A stretch of 64,000 nucleotides of DNA, taken from contig JBHGNT010000010.1 in the NCBI GenBank assembly GCA_043228905.1, positions 9,920,001 through 9,984,000 on the forward strand. Direction: 5' to 3'. Made by a program: the position numbers and the translations under genes. This stretch comes from Azolla caroliniana (taxonomy: Eukaryota; Plantae; Polypodiophyta). Positions 48,193 through 60,600 of this stretch are shown here, piece by piece (within the stretch, counting starts at the first letter, position 1; the number at the start of each line of letters is the position of its first letter). The notes beneath the pieces were generated by a model that ran no database searches, was not told the origin of the DNA, and worked only from the letters and a program-made list of their open reading frames with translations.

Positions 48193-51100
48193 TCATACAT
48201 CTAGTGCATTCTTGCCTTTACCAGGATTGAGATATGTAGTCTGGGAGCCATTAGATAGTGAAGAACATGACCCAACAACAGGTGATGCACAACTTGCTCT
48301 CTTTGGATTCAAAAATGATTTACTTCCAATATCCCGAGACGAACTATATGAGTATCGTGGGAGGGAACCCACAGCACCCGAATATCCTGGAAGAAGCGGA
48401 GATGGGTTATGGGAAAATGAGGGAGGTGTGAAGTAAGGTGAAGCTCGGAAAGCCTCCAATGACGATTGCAAAGAAGTGAACTGCCTGTAGGCATTGAGGC
48501 TACTATCCAATAATGGAGGTTGGTAAAATTTAGAGGATGATGCACTGCCTTTGGAGCATGATGAAGAGCCAAGATAACCATTTGAAAAATCAGAATGGGA
48601 AGGGGGGATTTTGATGGGCGGTGACTCTGATGATGAGGCCCACATGGGAGCAAAACCTAGCAATGGTGTTCTCTCTGAAGCTTGAAGATCAGGAAATTCA
48701 TATCGGGCATCACGCTTGCACATAGGACACACAGCTCGCCACAATGTTAACCATGCATCAACACAACTAGCATGAAATCCTGGAAAAGTCAACAGATCAT
48801 AGTAGGTTTACGGAAAATACCTTCCAAGACTTAAATCACGTATAAAATCAATACAGGATATTTCCACTCACTGTGACTGCATGGTAGAATCCTCAGCTTT
48901 TCACCAGGAATATAGTCCTCGAGGCATATGGTGCATGACTCTTGAGCAGCTTTTTCATTGCCAATGACTTGGTAGATATCAGTTGGCATGGCTTCGACAA
49001 TACGTGAACTGATTACACATGGTCCTTTAAATCTAGAACGTCGTCTACTCCTGTTTCTTTTTACAAAACACCAAGTAACAAATCCCGCAGCAATTGCAAC
49101 CAAGAAAATCAGTGCAAATACCATCGTGGACCAAATAGTATCCTCATCATTGCGAAAAATCCAAACACTCGCGGTTGCATCGTCTGCATATTTAGCCAGT
49201 GTTTCACCTGCTGCTTTTGTGACAAATACAGCTGGTATTGTGATGCCATCTGAGCTTCCTGTCACTGAAATCATGAACAAAAGTGCAAAAACTTTGAATT
49301 ACCAAAAGGAAAGAAAACACAAATTTTACAATCATGTGTAAGTAGACTGGTGAGGTTGATTTTTTACTCCACAATTTCTTGCATTTTGATTCGTTGATAA
49401 TTAAGAAAAAAAATATTTGGAGCAATATAAACTATCAATAAAAGCAACATTGGGCTTTGCACATGGGAAAAAAGCATTGTGATACTGATACTGCCTATAA
49501 AACACACTTCTGAAGGTGCAAACATTGATTTTCAAATCACCCTGTGTACTCTCTTTTTCCCTTGTTTGCCTCTAGAGTATCCAATAGTGGTGAGTATGAA
49601 GATAAAGTTCAGATAAAACTGCTCAGAATAAATGCACATTCAGTTTTTGTTGTAGCTAGACAACTGCTCCTAAAGAGAACATCCTTGTGCAAGATACCAC
49701 GTGAAAGCAATAGACCAGCAACATACCACACTTCATGACCATGTGAGCAGAGACGTAGGCGATGAGCCAGCAATTCAGGAACAAGATACTCACACCTGCC
49801 ACAACTGGGATCATGGCCCAATTCTGACCTCCTACGTACCACTGGAAATAAGCATCCCGGAGACTTGTATTAAGATAGCAACTGAGGTCCAAAACTAACT
49901 ATGCAACAGTTGACCAAAGGTCAGGATGCAACCAGTTGCATAGCATATCAAAATGGCATCTTGCTAGCTAATCAAAATATGTTTACCAATCTGCACAGTA
50001 TGCGAGAACAAATATCACATGGCATCAAGTCATGCCGAGCTCCAAACTAAGGAGCAGGATGCCGACCATCTCAAATCCAAAGTTACCAATGTGAAAAATC
50101 CTGAGTAGACCATCTCTTTATCCTCTTCCTGTCACTCATATCATCATTTGGCTGTACCATAGAAATATCAATCAGCCATTCTCTGATGATTATTTGTAGA
50201 TCTCTTCTCTAAGAAAATATCATCCATATTCCTCTATTTCCTTTGTGACAATATCTATAGATCTCTTTCCTAAGTGAATGTCATCTTCCCTTCTCCGTTC
50301 CTGACCTAGTCTAAGGGGTCATGGCCGGAGCTTCTTATTATGATATAATAGGAAGATCGAATGCATCTATTTTCCATTTATACTAGTTTTGCATAAGTGA
50401 TTGTAAAACTATTTAGAATCTAATCTTACAATATTCATTTCTTGTGACTGTGTAATAGAAAGATAAATAGACCATTCCAGAGCGATCACTTTAGAAGGAA
50501 AATAGAAACATCCATGTTTTGGATTGAAAAACAACATAAAAAACCAGTATGGCTGTCCGAATACTTAAATGCATGCAGTCTACGAGGCATACTTTTAATA
50601 TATTAAAAACAAGATAAAATATTTCAGATGTAATCCCTCAATTGGTCTCATAGGCCATTTTGACCTCTTATAAACGTTACTATGTATCTTTCTTCCTTTC
50701 CTAAGTGGATGCCCTCTGTCCTCTATTTCCTCACCTCAATCATATAGTCTAAGGGGTCATGAGTTTGAACTTCTTATTTTGATATATATTTGGAAGATGT
50801 ATTGCATATGCATATCTGGTTAATGCTTATTTGTAGTGCTTGAAAAAATATCTAGAATCTAATCTGAAAAATATTTCACTTCATTCATATGAATCAAAAA
50901 ACTCTAACACTTTTTAAAACTTGTATTTCAAACAGCCATAACTAAAATTTAGTATTCATCCCTGAAGTCCACTCGATGAGCTCAGAATTTATTAATTATA
51001 TTGATTTGATCTGATTTAGCCGCAGCCACAGCATACCTACATTACAGATTTATCGACAATTGGAATGAGATCAAGTGTCTATAATGTAGGAAAAGAAACA

Positions 51101-54100
51101 CATAGAGATAAGTAAAGAAGAGAGAAAGAGAAAGATATATTAACGTCTTTTAAGAGGCCAAAATGGCCTATAAGACCAAATAAGAGATTACATCTTGAGT
51201 GTTGTCTCGTCTTTGAGAACAAATCAAAATAAAATAAATACTACACAGTAAATATAAAAGTAAATAAGATGAAAAGAGAAGCAACGAGGGAGTCTGGTTT
51301 TTGGCACATGTGAGATTCTCAAGTTAGGTATATTGTGGCTTTTGTCTTCGAAAGATCTCTAGCATAGGTCGATCCAGAATGGAAATGTCTCCGAAGCGAG
51401 GGAAGCACCTACAATGGCGGGAGATAATGGCTTTTATCTGTCGATGACAAGGGTGTCGAGAGAAGAGACCAAACAGACCCCGTACATTCCACAGTGTCAT
51501 CTACTTAGTGAATTAAATGAGAGGCCAAATGGGTATCCAAGTCTCTAGTACCTATAGATTGTCAAGATAGCAACATTTATTGGCGACCAAGATCTGCTGC
51601 ATATCATTCTGGACAGCCAATGCAAACCTACTTATGCATGTTAATTTTCAGCCTATTAGAGGCCAAACAAACATATCAAAACCCTGTAGCTTTGCTGATA
51701 ATCTTCTGATAGGATCACAGAAACATAATGAATCTCCTTCCAGGACTGCCAAAAGTCTAGTACGACAAGTTTTCGGGAAGAGCAAGCTCCAAGACACAGT
51801 CAGTGGCAAGCAGTTGTTCGAGTTCTTAGGTATTGAAATGCATTACCATTTTGTTTGTGGTGAGTGGAATCCTAAGTCATCAACTTGGTCTACTGTCCCA
51901 TTCAAGGAAATGAGGCTAATTTGTTTCCTAAGACAATTTCAAGCAAAAGCCTTTATCAGCTCCTCCATTGAGTCAATGTTGGACCACTGTTCTAGAGCTG
52001 CGAGGAGGTCTGGAGGGTGGCAGCTTCAAATCTACACTCTAAATACATCTCCCTTCTCAGATTCTCTATCTATTATCTTTTTGGCATTTATCATCAAGTG
52101 AGATTTTCTTCCCCATTTATTTAAAGATTGATTGTAACTATTTGGTAGTTCAACCATCACCTGACTACCAAACAGCCACTTCACGTCCCACATCTCCGCT
52201 TTATATAAATTGGCTGTTCTAGTCCCTTTTGTTAATATAATCAATTTTGTTCCTAATATACAAATATAGGCTACATGGATGTATGTCTCTATTTTTATTT
52301 CGAGCTCTATTCTGTTGCTACATCCTAACCACACCAAAAACAAAAGAACATGTACTTTGTAATGTCTCATATAAGGACATTTGGTATGATATTCAGGACT
52401 TCCTATAAGGTTGACTGCTAATGACAATGAGACTCAGCATTCTCGTCGTGCATATGCTCAGTCACAAAACCAAACATGTGGAAGATCAAAATAGGGAAAT
52501 TGAGCAATTAACTTTATCTTGAATTCAGCTTTTGACATTTTATGTGCGCTACCATTTTAAAATCCCCCACCTACACACCTGGGAAGAGTTCTTTGAAACG
52601 ATCTTTAGTCCAGGAGTTCTGTTGCCCCCATGCACATTAATATATCATCACTATGCTCTTATTTTCGTCAAAGGCACTGTATTATACAATACAAAAAGAT
52701 ACATAAACCATTAAATGTTTCTTCTGTGTCATGAATCCATGGGAACTACTATTGGTTCTTCTCTACTCATCAACTCTATGGAACTACTAGTGGTTGTATG
52801 AATATAAATTTCATATTGCAAAGTACCCTCAACCTCTCCTCCATTCCTCTCATAACCCTGCCCCCACCCTATATTTGTCATATTCAGCTTCTCATACATC
52901 TGCCTTGGATCTGAAGCCTGAAAGCATGAAGAAGTTGTGTATGATCATCTTCTGTCTGTGTAAAACATAATAACATACCCTGGCCTTACAATAAGAAATG
53001 TCTACAGAGGGATGGCGCCGTCACTATCCCATCTCTTGTCTTAAGTACAGATAACACCGAAAAACTCCCAAGAACTATGTTGCATCTTCATGAAATTGTC
53101 CTGATAACAATAGCATACATTCCCTACAATGAGTCGAGGAAATTAGTATCGCAATGCACCATCACCATTATAGAAAGCACTAAGGCACTATTGCAGTTGT
53201 TCACCTGTAATTGGCAACTAGTGGCTGGCTGCATATATTAGCATTGCTGTGCTATGAAAATCTGTCCGAGCGTGGATTTTACACCAATGTCCATATTTTA
53301 AATTAGATCAGGTGATTTTAACTAATTTACTAAACATAATTCGTCAGGGGGACTTGAACTTCCAAACTACCAATAGATTACTCACCTTACACAATGTTAA
53401 TGATTAGTATCCATCAATCTGGTTGGGTTGCTGGCTATGGCGTAGAATCTACATAGAGTAGCAATTCATGGGCATCAAGTATTCCAAAATGATTCTTCTA
53501 GATATGTCTGCTGTACCCATGGGACTATCCTCTAGTTAAAACTACCGTAAAAGAGAAAAGAACAGAAAAACTGTTGCCATCCCATAACTGAATGCCAATG
53601 AGGAGTTTTATATCCCATCTACACCAACAACCTCCTCATTGGTGTCATTGCTAGTACTAATAAGAGATTGTTTTATTATAGAAATCCCATCCATCAAGAA
53701 TAAATGGTGTGAGGATGCCATGTTTATACTCACTTGTAGTGACATTCGAGCCAGACTCATTGTTATAGATGATAATTGCTGTGAAACCAGCAGCTTGGCC
53801 ATTGCGAACTTTTGTCTCAGCTGAGCAGTTCCCCTGCATTGCCAACAAGATCGGTGAGCTGCTAGCCCACTTATCACTCCGAGCTTTGAGAGGAGAGCAT
53901 GCATCCGTCGCTGGGCTCCCAAGTACCACAAAGCCACCGATAGCGGAGCCTTGAAGAGGCGTAGCTGCACATAGCACATGCAAAAGATGGTTCCGAGTCA
54001 TTACAACAACTGTATATATGCCTGGTTCTTTAATATTATTAGACAAATGAATAGACAAGATATATATAGTAGAAGATGAAACCTCTTCAAATAGGTGAGC

Positions 54101-54383
54101 AAAAATATATTTGCGACGTTTTGATTGATTCTAAGTTCCAAAATATATTAGTGCTTCTAGAATTAGATACTGGCACTGCTTTGAGTGATACTGGAATGGG
54201 AAAAAAGGGGAAAAAAAGGAAGCGCTGCTTACCGAAGGTAGCTTGGATGGAGCGGAAGGTGAGGGTGGAGGAGCTGGAGATGAGGATAACGGCCGCAGCA
54301 GCGCCGCCTGCAGGAGCAGGATAGTTGGAGAAGGACAGATATCCAGTGAAGAGGGTAATGATTAGCAGGATATTGCGCCACAT
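48193..54383 (-). CDS. RMR: PA-TM-RING protein (RMR-type vacuolar sorting receptor / RING-H2 E3 ligase), 4 coding exons, 453 aa
   Basis: Exons 54383-54233, 53964-53734, 49264-48872, 48779-48193 (GT-AG, all phase 1, 1362 nt). Signal peptide, PA domain ([31 protein letters not shown]), TM helix, RING-H2 CTICLEDY...[16 protein letters not shown]...CPMCK, Ser-rich tail. Confidence 0.92.
50628..51194. repeat. Inverted pair of a short dispersed repeat in RMR intron 2; third copy at 18731-18797
   Basis: 50628-50700 is the imperfect reverse complement of 51121-51194; core GGCCATTTTG(G/A)CCTCTTA(A/T)A(A/G)ACGTTA. Confidence 0.75.
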
Positions 54384-55006
54384 ATTTGTTCAATTCAAAG
54401 CAGGTATTAGTCCTGAAAATCAGAACAGAGGGAATGCGAGAGGTACAGAAACAGAAACAGACGCAGACAGTGAAAGGTAGGTACATACATCCACAGAGAG
54501 AGATGTATGTATGTACATATGTATGTATGTACTTCTCTCTGTCTCGTATACGGATATTTGGGATGACAAATACACATACGGATACGGATATACATACATA
54601 CGAAGGCATTATCTCATATTCTTATGTAATTATTTTATTAGCTGCGTATAAATAAAATAAAATAAAATAAAATAAATAAAGCAACCTTATCTTCTTCATT
54701 CTCTTAGATGAAAACCCCCCAAAAACAAACACACCTTTTGTTTGGCCTTTCACTATTGTTTTGTCTCTTCATGGACACTCTCTCGTGTTTTGTTTCGTTT
54801 TGTTTTGTTTTGTCAGAATGTTTGCGTGAGTGAGTGAGATAGATAGGTAGATGAAACCCACAAAAAACACACACTTTGGCTTTTCTCTTGTTTTGTTTTG
54901 TTTTGTTTTGTTTTGTTTGATGGAGTGCCTGCTTGTGTGAGTGAGGGATAGATAAATAGATAAATATTTTTCGCGTCTATAGAGAGGCCGATATTGACCC
55001 ATGGGA

Positions 55007-55242
55007 CCTAAGTACAAAAGTTTTCTTGATGTGTGGTTCCTTCCTACGAAGGGCTATTCATACTTTTAAGCACCAAGTCTCGATGTGTGAATAACACATA
55101 TGTACATGTATGAGCTCAACTTTCTAGGCGTTCTCTTTAGTGCCACACTCAAGCCATCACCCCCTCTTAATATATCATCATAGCTTTCACGAATTGCGGT
55201 ATTTGTAGAGCATGTAAAAAGCAAGTGATACTCATCCTCTAC
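55007..55242 (-). repeat. 3' fragment of a non-L1 LINE (RTE/L2-like); second copy at 62234-62466
   Basis: Minus strand reads CVEDEYHLLFTC...IRESY; diverged direct repeat on either side of the L1. Confidence 0.65.
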
Positions 55243-56150
55243 ACATTGTCTTTGACCATATTCGAGTTTGTTTTCCACACATTGACAATCTGGTCCACTT
55301 TCAGCACACAATCTTCTCACAATCACAATCATAATGTGCACTTTTGATTGATAGGTTTATTAGTAAATTCTTGAGTATTAAGAGTCACTGCTCAAATACA
55401 CACCTGCAATATAAAAATGATTTAGTTTTTTTTACTATTGCATGTCATATTTGACTTTTGAAACGATATTAAATTCTATGTATTTCTATCTCAAAACATA
55501 TATCTATTTAATCTTTTCGTTGCATGAGGATTATACATCTAGTTCTCTAATTCATAACATAATTACATAACCACCAATCCTAACCAATAAAGCCATCAAG
55601 AAGAACATCCATCATCTTGTGTCACAATAAGGTGTATGCCCTCAAAAAAGACAATGAACTGTATGGAGATGTTAGTCGGTAAAACAAAATTATGGTCAGG
55701 GGAGAATCCGAGCAGCGATGGCGGGAGCAAACGCACCGGAACAGGGCGCGCAGACATGGCGTGCAGGAGCAGGAGCAGGTGCACGTTGAGGAACGCGCGT
55801 GCTGCCCAACAGAGCAAGAGGCGCCAACTGCTGTCCAGGCCGTCACACTGGAGAACTGCAGGTAATAAGCAGTAGAGCGTTGGCGGGAGCAAACGCAGCA
55901 GAGCGCGGAGTGGGAGCAGCAGAAAAAGGCGAGCAGGAGCAGGAGTAGGTGCACACTAAGGAACACGCGCGCTGTCCAACAGAGCAAGAGGAGGAGCACA
56001 ACGCCAATTGCTGTCCAGGTACTCTCACACACAATCCTCCCTCCCTCCCCCAACCAAAAAACGCAAAGTAACACATTAAAAAAACACAAAACAAAGGGGG
56101 AAGGGAAGAACAACACATACAACCTAGGCTCGCAAGACACATAACTCGCT

Positions 56151-57620
56151 ATGATGGGAGGAATCGAGCTTCCACCAGCGCCCAGTTTGCTTGATGAAGA
56201 AGGTGGATCAGATCTCACCATTACCCTGTCCCCCGAGGCTAACCGTGTCTTAGCGGAAGAAATCGAACGCCTACGGCGTACCTCCTTCGTATGTAGGTTT
56301 CTGGCAGGTAGACCAAGTCGGGGCATGGTTCGGGACATGTTTCAGGTGGCTGTGTTGGAGAACATGCCGGTAATCAAGAGTGTCAGGGGTTTAGGGAAAA
56401 ACTTCTTCCACATTGAATTAGGTAATGACTCGTTGGCGCAACCATTGGTCGAGCTCAAGGTACTCGAACTGAAGTACGGCAAGGTGTTGCTCCAACCATG
56501 GTCACCAGGGTTCAATCCGATCGAAGAGTTACGGAAACTCAACAACCCTAGGGTGATCACCGCAACATTTCCTGGCCTCCCTCCACATTTGTACCATCTG
56601 CTCCCTCTTTTTGGCGAACAAGTAGGGATGATATGCCCTCAAAAAGCGTCAATGGCAGACACAGTCGCGGAGGTGCCCAAGTTGCGTATCTTGGTGCCTT
56701 CCCTCCATGGACTTCCATCAAGGATTAGACTCTACTCTGAGGAGTTAGGCCTCACAGTGGTAAAAGTGGTTTATGAGGGACTCCCGGGGCAGTGTTTCAT
56801 TTGCAAACAGACAGGACACCTAGCTAAGGAGTGTCCTCGTAAGATTGGAAAGGGAAGCTCGGGACCACGACCCTCGGGCAAAGTCGGGACAACCAAGGGT
56901 GAAGAAGCTCCTTGGCTACCCGTTAAGAAGAAGGGGAAACTTGGAGGCCTAGGTGCCTCCTCTCCCGCCCTTTTTCATGACCACCCCTTTGAAAGAAGTC
57001 CCGCCACCTTGTCACCAGCAAGTGTGGACGAGCAACCCTTGAAACGAGTAAAGATCCTCTCCGGGAGTGCCAAGGCACCCGACCTACAGGTGAGAGCTAC
57101 CAACAAATTTACACTTCTTCAAGGGTTAGGGGATGGCGACCCAGCAGCGTTGGCAGCAATGTTGTCCCCGTGCGACTCCTCACGCCTTCCCCCGCGGGAG
57201 CCCGAATTCATGTTCTCCACCCCGATGGAGATGCAACCCCAACTTGTACCGTCCACCCCGGAAGAGAAGTTGGCACAGCCCCCCCTCCCGTTGGAACGTG
57301 AATGTGGTAGTGGCCTCAGATTAGTGAAATCGTGGATCTGGACGGGCAAGCTCAAGGACAAAGAAAAGGGTAAGATAGGAAGACCAACACCTGGTTTGGC
57401 GACGACTCTGTTAGATAGAGGGATGGAAGTTGTGCCACCGCTTCTAAGCACAAATGTATTGCGGGATCTATTTGAAGCGGGTCGGGAACGACCGGCTGAG
57501 AATCTTGTAGGGGATTTGCAGCCTGCAGTGGAGACCATACCCCCCGAAACAGGTGTTAGTTTGCCCCATGCCATGGGGATCGGCCCGAACATGGGCGCCA
57601 ACGTCACCGTTTTCGGATGA
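56151..57620 (+). CDS. LINE ORF1 nucleic-acid-binding protein, 489 aa
   Basis: Open frame; DUF4283-like N-terminal half; VVYEGLPGQCFICKQTGHLAKEC zinc knuckle. Confidence 0.88.
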   Translation: MMGGIELPPAPSLLDEEGGSDLTITLSPEANRVLAEEIERLRRTSFVCRFLAGRPSRGMVRDMFQVAVLENMPVIKSVRGLGKNFFHIELGNDSLAQPLVELKVLELKYGKVLLQPWSPGFNPIEELRKLNNPRVITATFPGLPPHLYHLLPLFGEQVGMICPQKASMADTVAEVPKLRILVPSLHGLPSRIRLYSEELGLTVVKVVYEGLPGQCFICKQTGHLAKECPRKIGKGSSGPRPSGKVGTTKGEEAPWLPVKKKGKLGGLGASSPALFHDHPFERSPATLSPASVDEQPLKRVKILSGSAKAPDLQVRATNKFTLLQGLGDGDPAALAAMLSPCDSSRLPPREPEFMFSTPMEMQPQLVPSTPEEKLAQPPLPLERECGSGLRLVKSWIWTGKLKDKEKGKIGRPTPGLATTLLDRGMEVVPPLLSTNVLRDLFEAGRERPAENLVGDLQPAVETIPPETGVSLPHAMGIGPNMGANVTVFG

Positions 57621-60600
57621 GGATCCTAACGTGGAATGTACAGGGCCTTGGTGGAGGCCGACAACACCAAGAGTGTAGAAGACTTCAGGAGGAGTTGAAT
57701 CCCCTTAATATAGGGGGCCATATTGACATACTGCTTTTGCAGGAACACCACCTCTCGCAAGAGCGAACTCAGAGCTTAGTAAACCCCTTGTCGGGTGGGT
57801 GGACCACATGGTGGTCGGCTGCGCAGGGTGACCTCCACCGAAGAGGAGGGGTTTGCATCTCGATCAGCGATAAGGCCCGATACGAAGTAACATCATCTGG
57901 CACGCTGGTGGAGGGTCGGGCCTTATACGTGCTTCTGAAATGGAATCGCCTACAGATTGGGGTGCTAAACATTTATGCCCCTAACTCAGCCCCCGAGAGA
58001 GCAATCTTTTGGAGGATGCTAGCGACAACATTACCTAATGTCGAGGCTTGGGTAATGGCAGGTGATTTCAACATGACTGAACACATGGGAGATAGGAAAG
58101 GAGGGACCCAGAGGCCTATTTATGGTGCGGAGTTGGATTCATGGGCTTTCCTAATTGGCAAAATCGGGGTGAAGGATACATGGGGCTCTTCCCTTAGGCG
58201 AAGTTCACATTCGCTGCACTTTTCTAGAGCCGCCGGGAATGCTAGGGGCGGTAGTCTTGCACGGCTAGACCGCATATACATCAGCTCATCCCTCGAAGAG
58301 CTCGGGGGCTCCTTTGCTATCTTGGCAGGCCTTACCTTTTCAGATCATCAGCCGGTGAGACTAGACCTTAACCCACCCAACGATAGCAAGGGCAGTCTCA
58401 ATGTAAAGATCCCCATAAAGATCATGAAGAGTGAAGAGGTGAAGGCCGGTTTACAAAGTATATGGTAGGACACCATGGGCAGTGAATCAGCCAGCGAAGA
58501 TCTGCAGAAAAAATTGGCCCTCTCCTCCTCCTTTTTACAACAAGAGACCAAGCGCGCCCTCCAACAGGTTAGAGCCATTGAAACAAAATTAAGGAAGGCC
58601 GTTGCGGCAGCGCAACGGCTGTTACAGGTAGACCCTGGTTGCAAATGGTCTAGAGCTAAACTAGAGGAAGCAAAGATGAAGGTACAGGAAAGGACTTTGG
58701 AGAAGAACCGAATGCTGTTTCGAAGAAACGCAGCATGGTGGGCTAGAAAAGACGACAAGGTCAACCGACATTTCTTTCACTACAAGGCACCCAAGGGTGG
58801 TGGTGGACGTATACACGGGCTGCGAAAACCAGACGGCTCAATAACGGAGGACAAGATTGAGGTTCTGGAAATGGCAGCACAATACTATCGTGACCTCCTC
58901 GCACCTATGCATGTGCGGCAAAAGTCGGAGCTGGCTGATCGAGTGATGTCTTGCATTCACCCCAAGGTAACCCAAGAGATGGAAGTTGTGCTCGATAGTC
59001 CCATCTCTCGTTTAGAGCTCTCGGAGGCACTTAGGGGATTGCGAAGGGGTGCATGCCCCGGTCCCGATGGTCTCTCACGAGATTTCTTCGAGATTCATTG
59101 GGAATGTGTTATCCCGTCCTTGGAAGCCGGGTTCCAAGAGATTTGGTCCTCAGGAAAGATGCCGATTGGTCTGGCCGAGGGGATGATATATCTCATCCCC
59201 AAATCCCAAGAGCGAAGCCTAGAGTTGCGCCAATGGCGTCCAATCACGATCCTTAACACGGCATACAAGATACTCGCTAAAGTCCTAGCTCAGCGATTAG
59301 CAAGCTTCTTACCGGACATCATACACGACAATCAAACTAGGTTTGTCAAGAACAGGTGTATCTTTGATAATGTGTTGCTTCTTTGGGAAGCTATGGCATT
59401 GGCCGGTCGCTCCGTATCGAGCTCGGCTATTCTGATGCTAGACTTCGAGAAGGCCTACGATAGGGTGTTATGGCCCTTTTTGGAAAATGTGATGAGAGCT
59501 TTGGGCCTACCTCAAAAATGGAGGAATTGCACTTCTGCACTCTATCGGACAGCTACGAGTAGCGTGCTGATGGCTGGATCTAGGGGACCCGCCTTCCAAC
59601 TACAACGCTCAGTGAGGCAAGGTTGTCCCCTAGCCCCATATCTCTATCTCTTTATAACCGAGGCTTTCTCCGCCTACTTACAAGCACCAACTAGCGGGTT
59701 GCGGGGATTGCCCATCCCCAATGCGACTGAAGATTTGTTGTTATCTGAATATGCCGACGATACGGTTCTTTTCTTGCAAGGTGATGAGGAGAATTTACAG
59801 CGGGCTGAACATCTTGTCGAGGACTTTTGTCAGGCGGCTGGTGCCAAGATCAATTGGAATAAAACCCAAGGTCTATGGTTTAGCGAACAGGAGACACCAA
59901 GATGGCAACCCCATGCCGATTTTACGTGGGTCCCTAGTGGGACGACTTTCAAGTACCTTGGATTTACGATGGGGAGGTCAATCCCCAAGGGAGCGCAATT
60001 GGCCCACGTACAAGCCAAAATAAGTAAGAAGCTGAACCAGTGGAGTAGATCTAAATTGTCCTTCGCTGGTAGGGTCCTTGTGGCGAACCAAGTGCTGCTC
60101 GCTACCATGTGGCACTCAGTCTCATGCTGGATTATGAACCCTGCAGGTTTGCACGCGATTAAGGCTGCCATTAGGGGGTTTATATGGTCAGGTAAGGACA
60201 ACCCAAGGGCTGCCGCCAGAGTCTCATGGTGTTGGTTAACGCAACCGCGGGCCAAAGGGGGGCTCGGCCTCATAGACCCCTTAATGTAGAGTCGTGCATT
60301 GCTGGCTAAAATGGTGGTTCGCTGCCTCTTGCCAGGTAAGGGGTGCTGGAAGGTACTTCTTCGCAACAGGTTGCAAGTAGGGACTCCCAAGTATGGTAGG
60401 CCTTGGCCCGACTCCTTGAATTGGTGCTGCACGAGTGGAGTCCCACCCAGGTTGGCTTGCCATCCGGAGGATAGGGTCACGAACTCCATCTTGCGGGCAT
60501 GGTGCCATATACGACAGCATTTGGTCAAGCACACCCCGGAGACATTGATCGAATGGACTAGATAGCCACTATTCTGGAACCCTCATGTGCGAACGAATGA

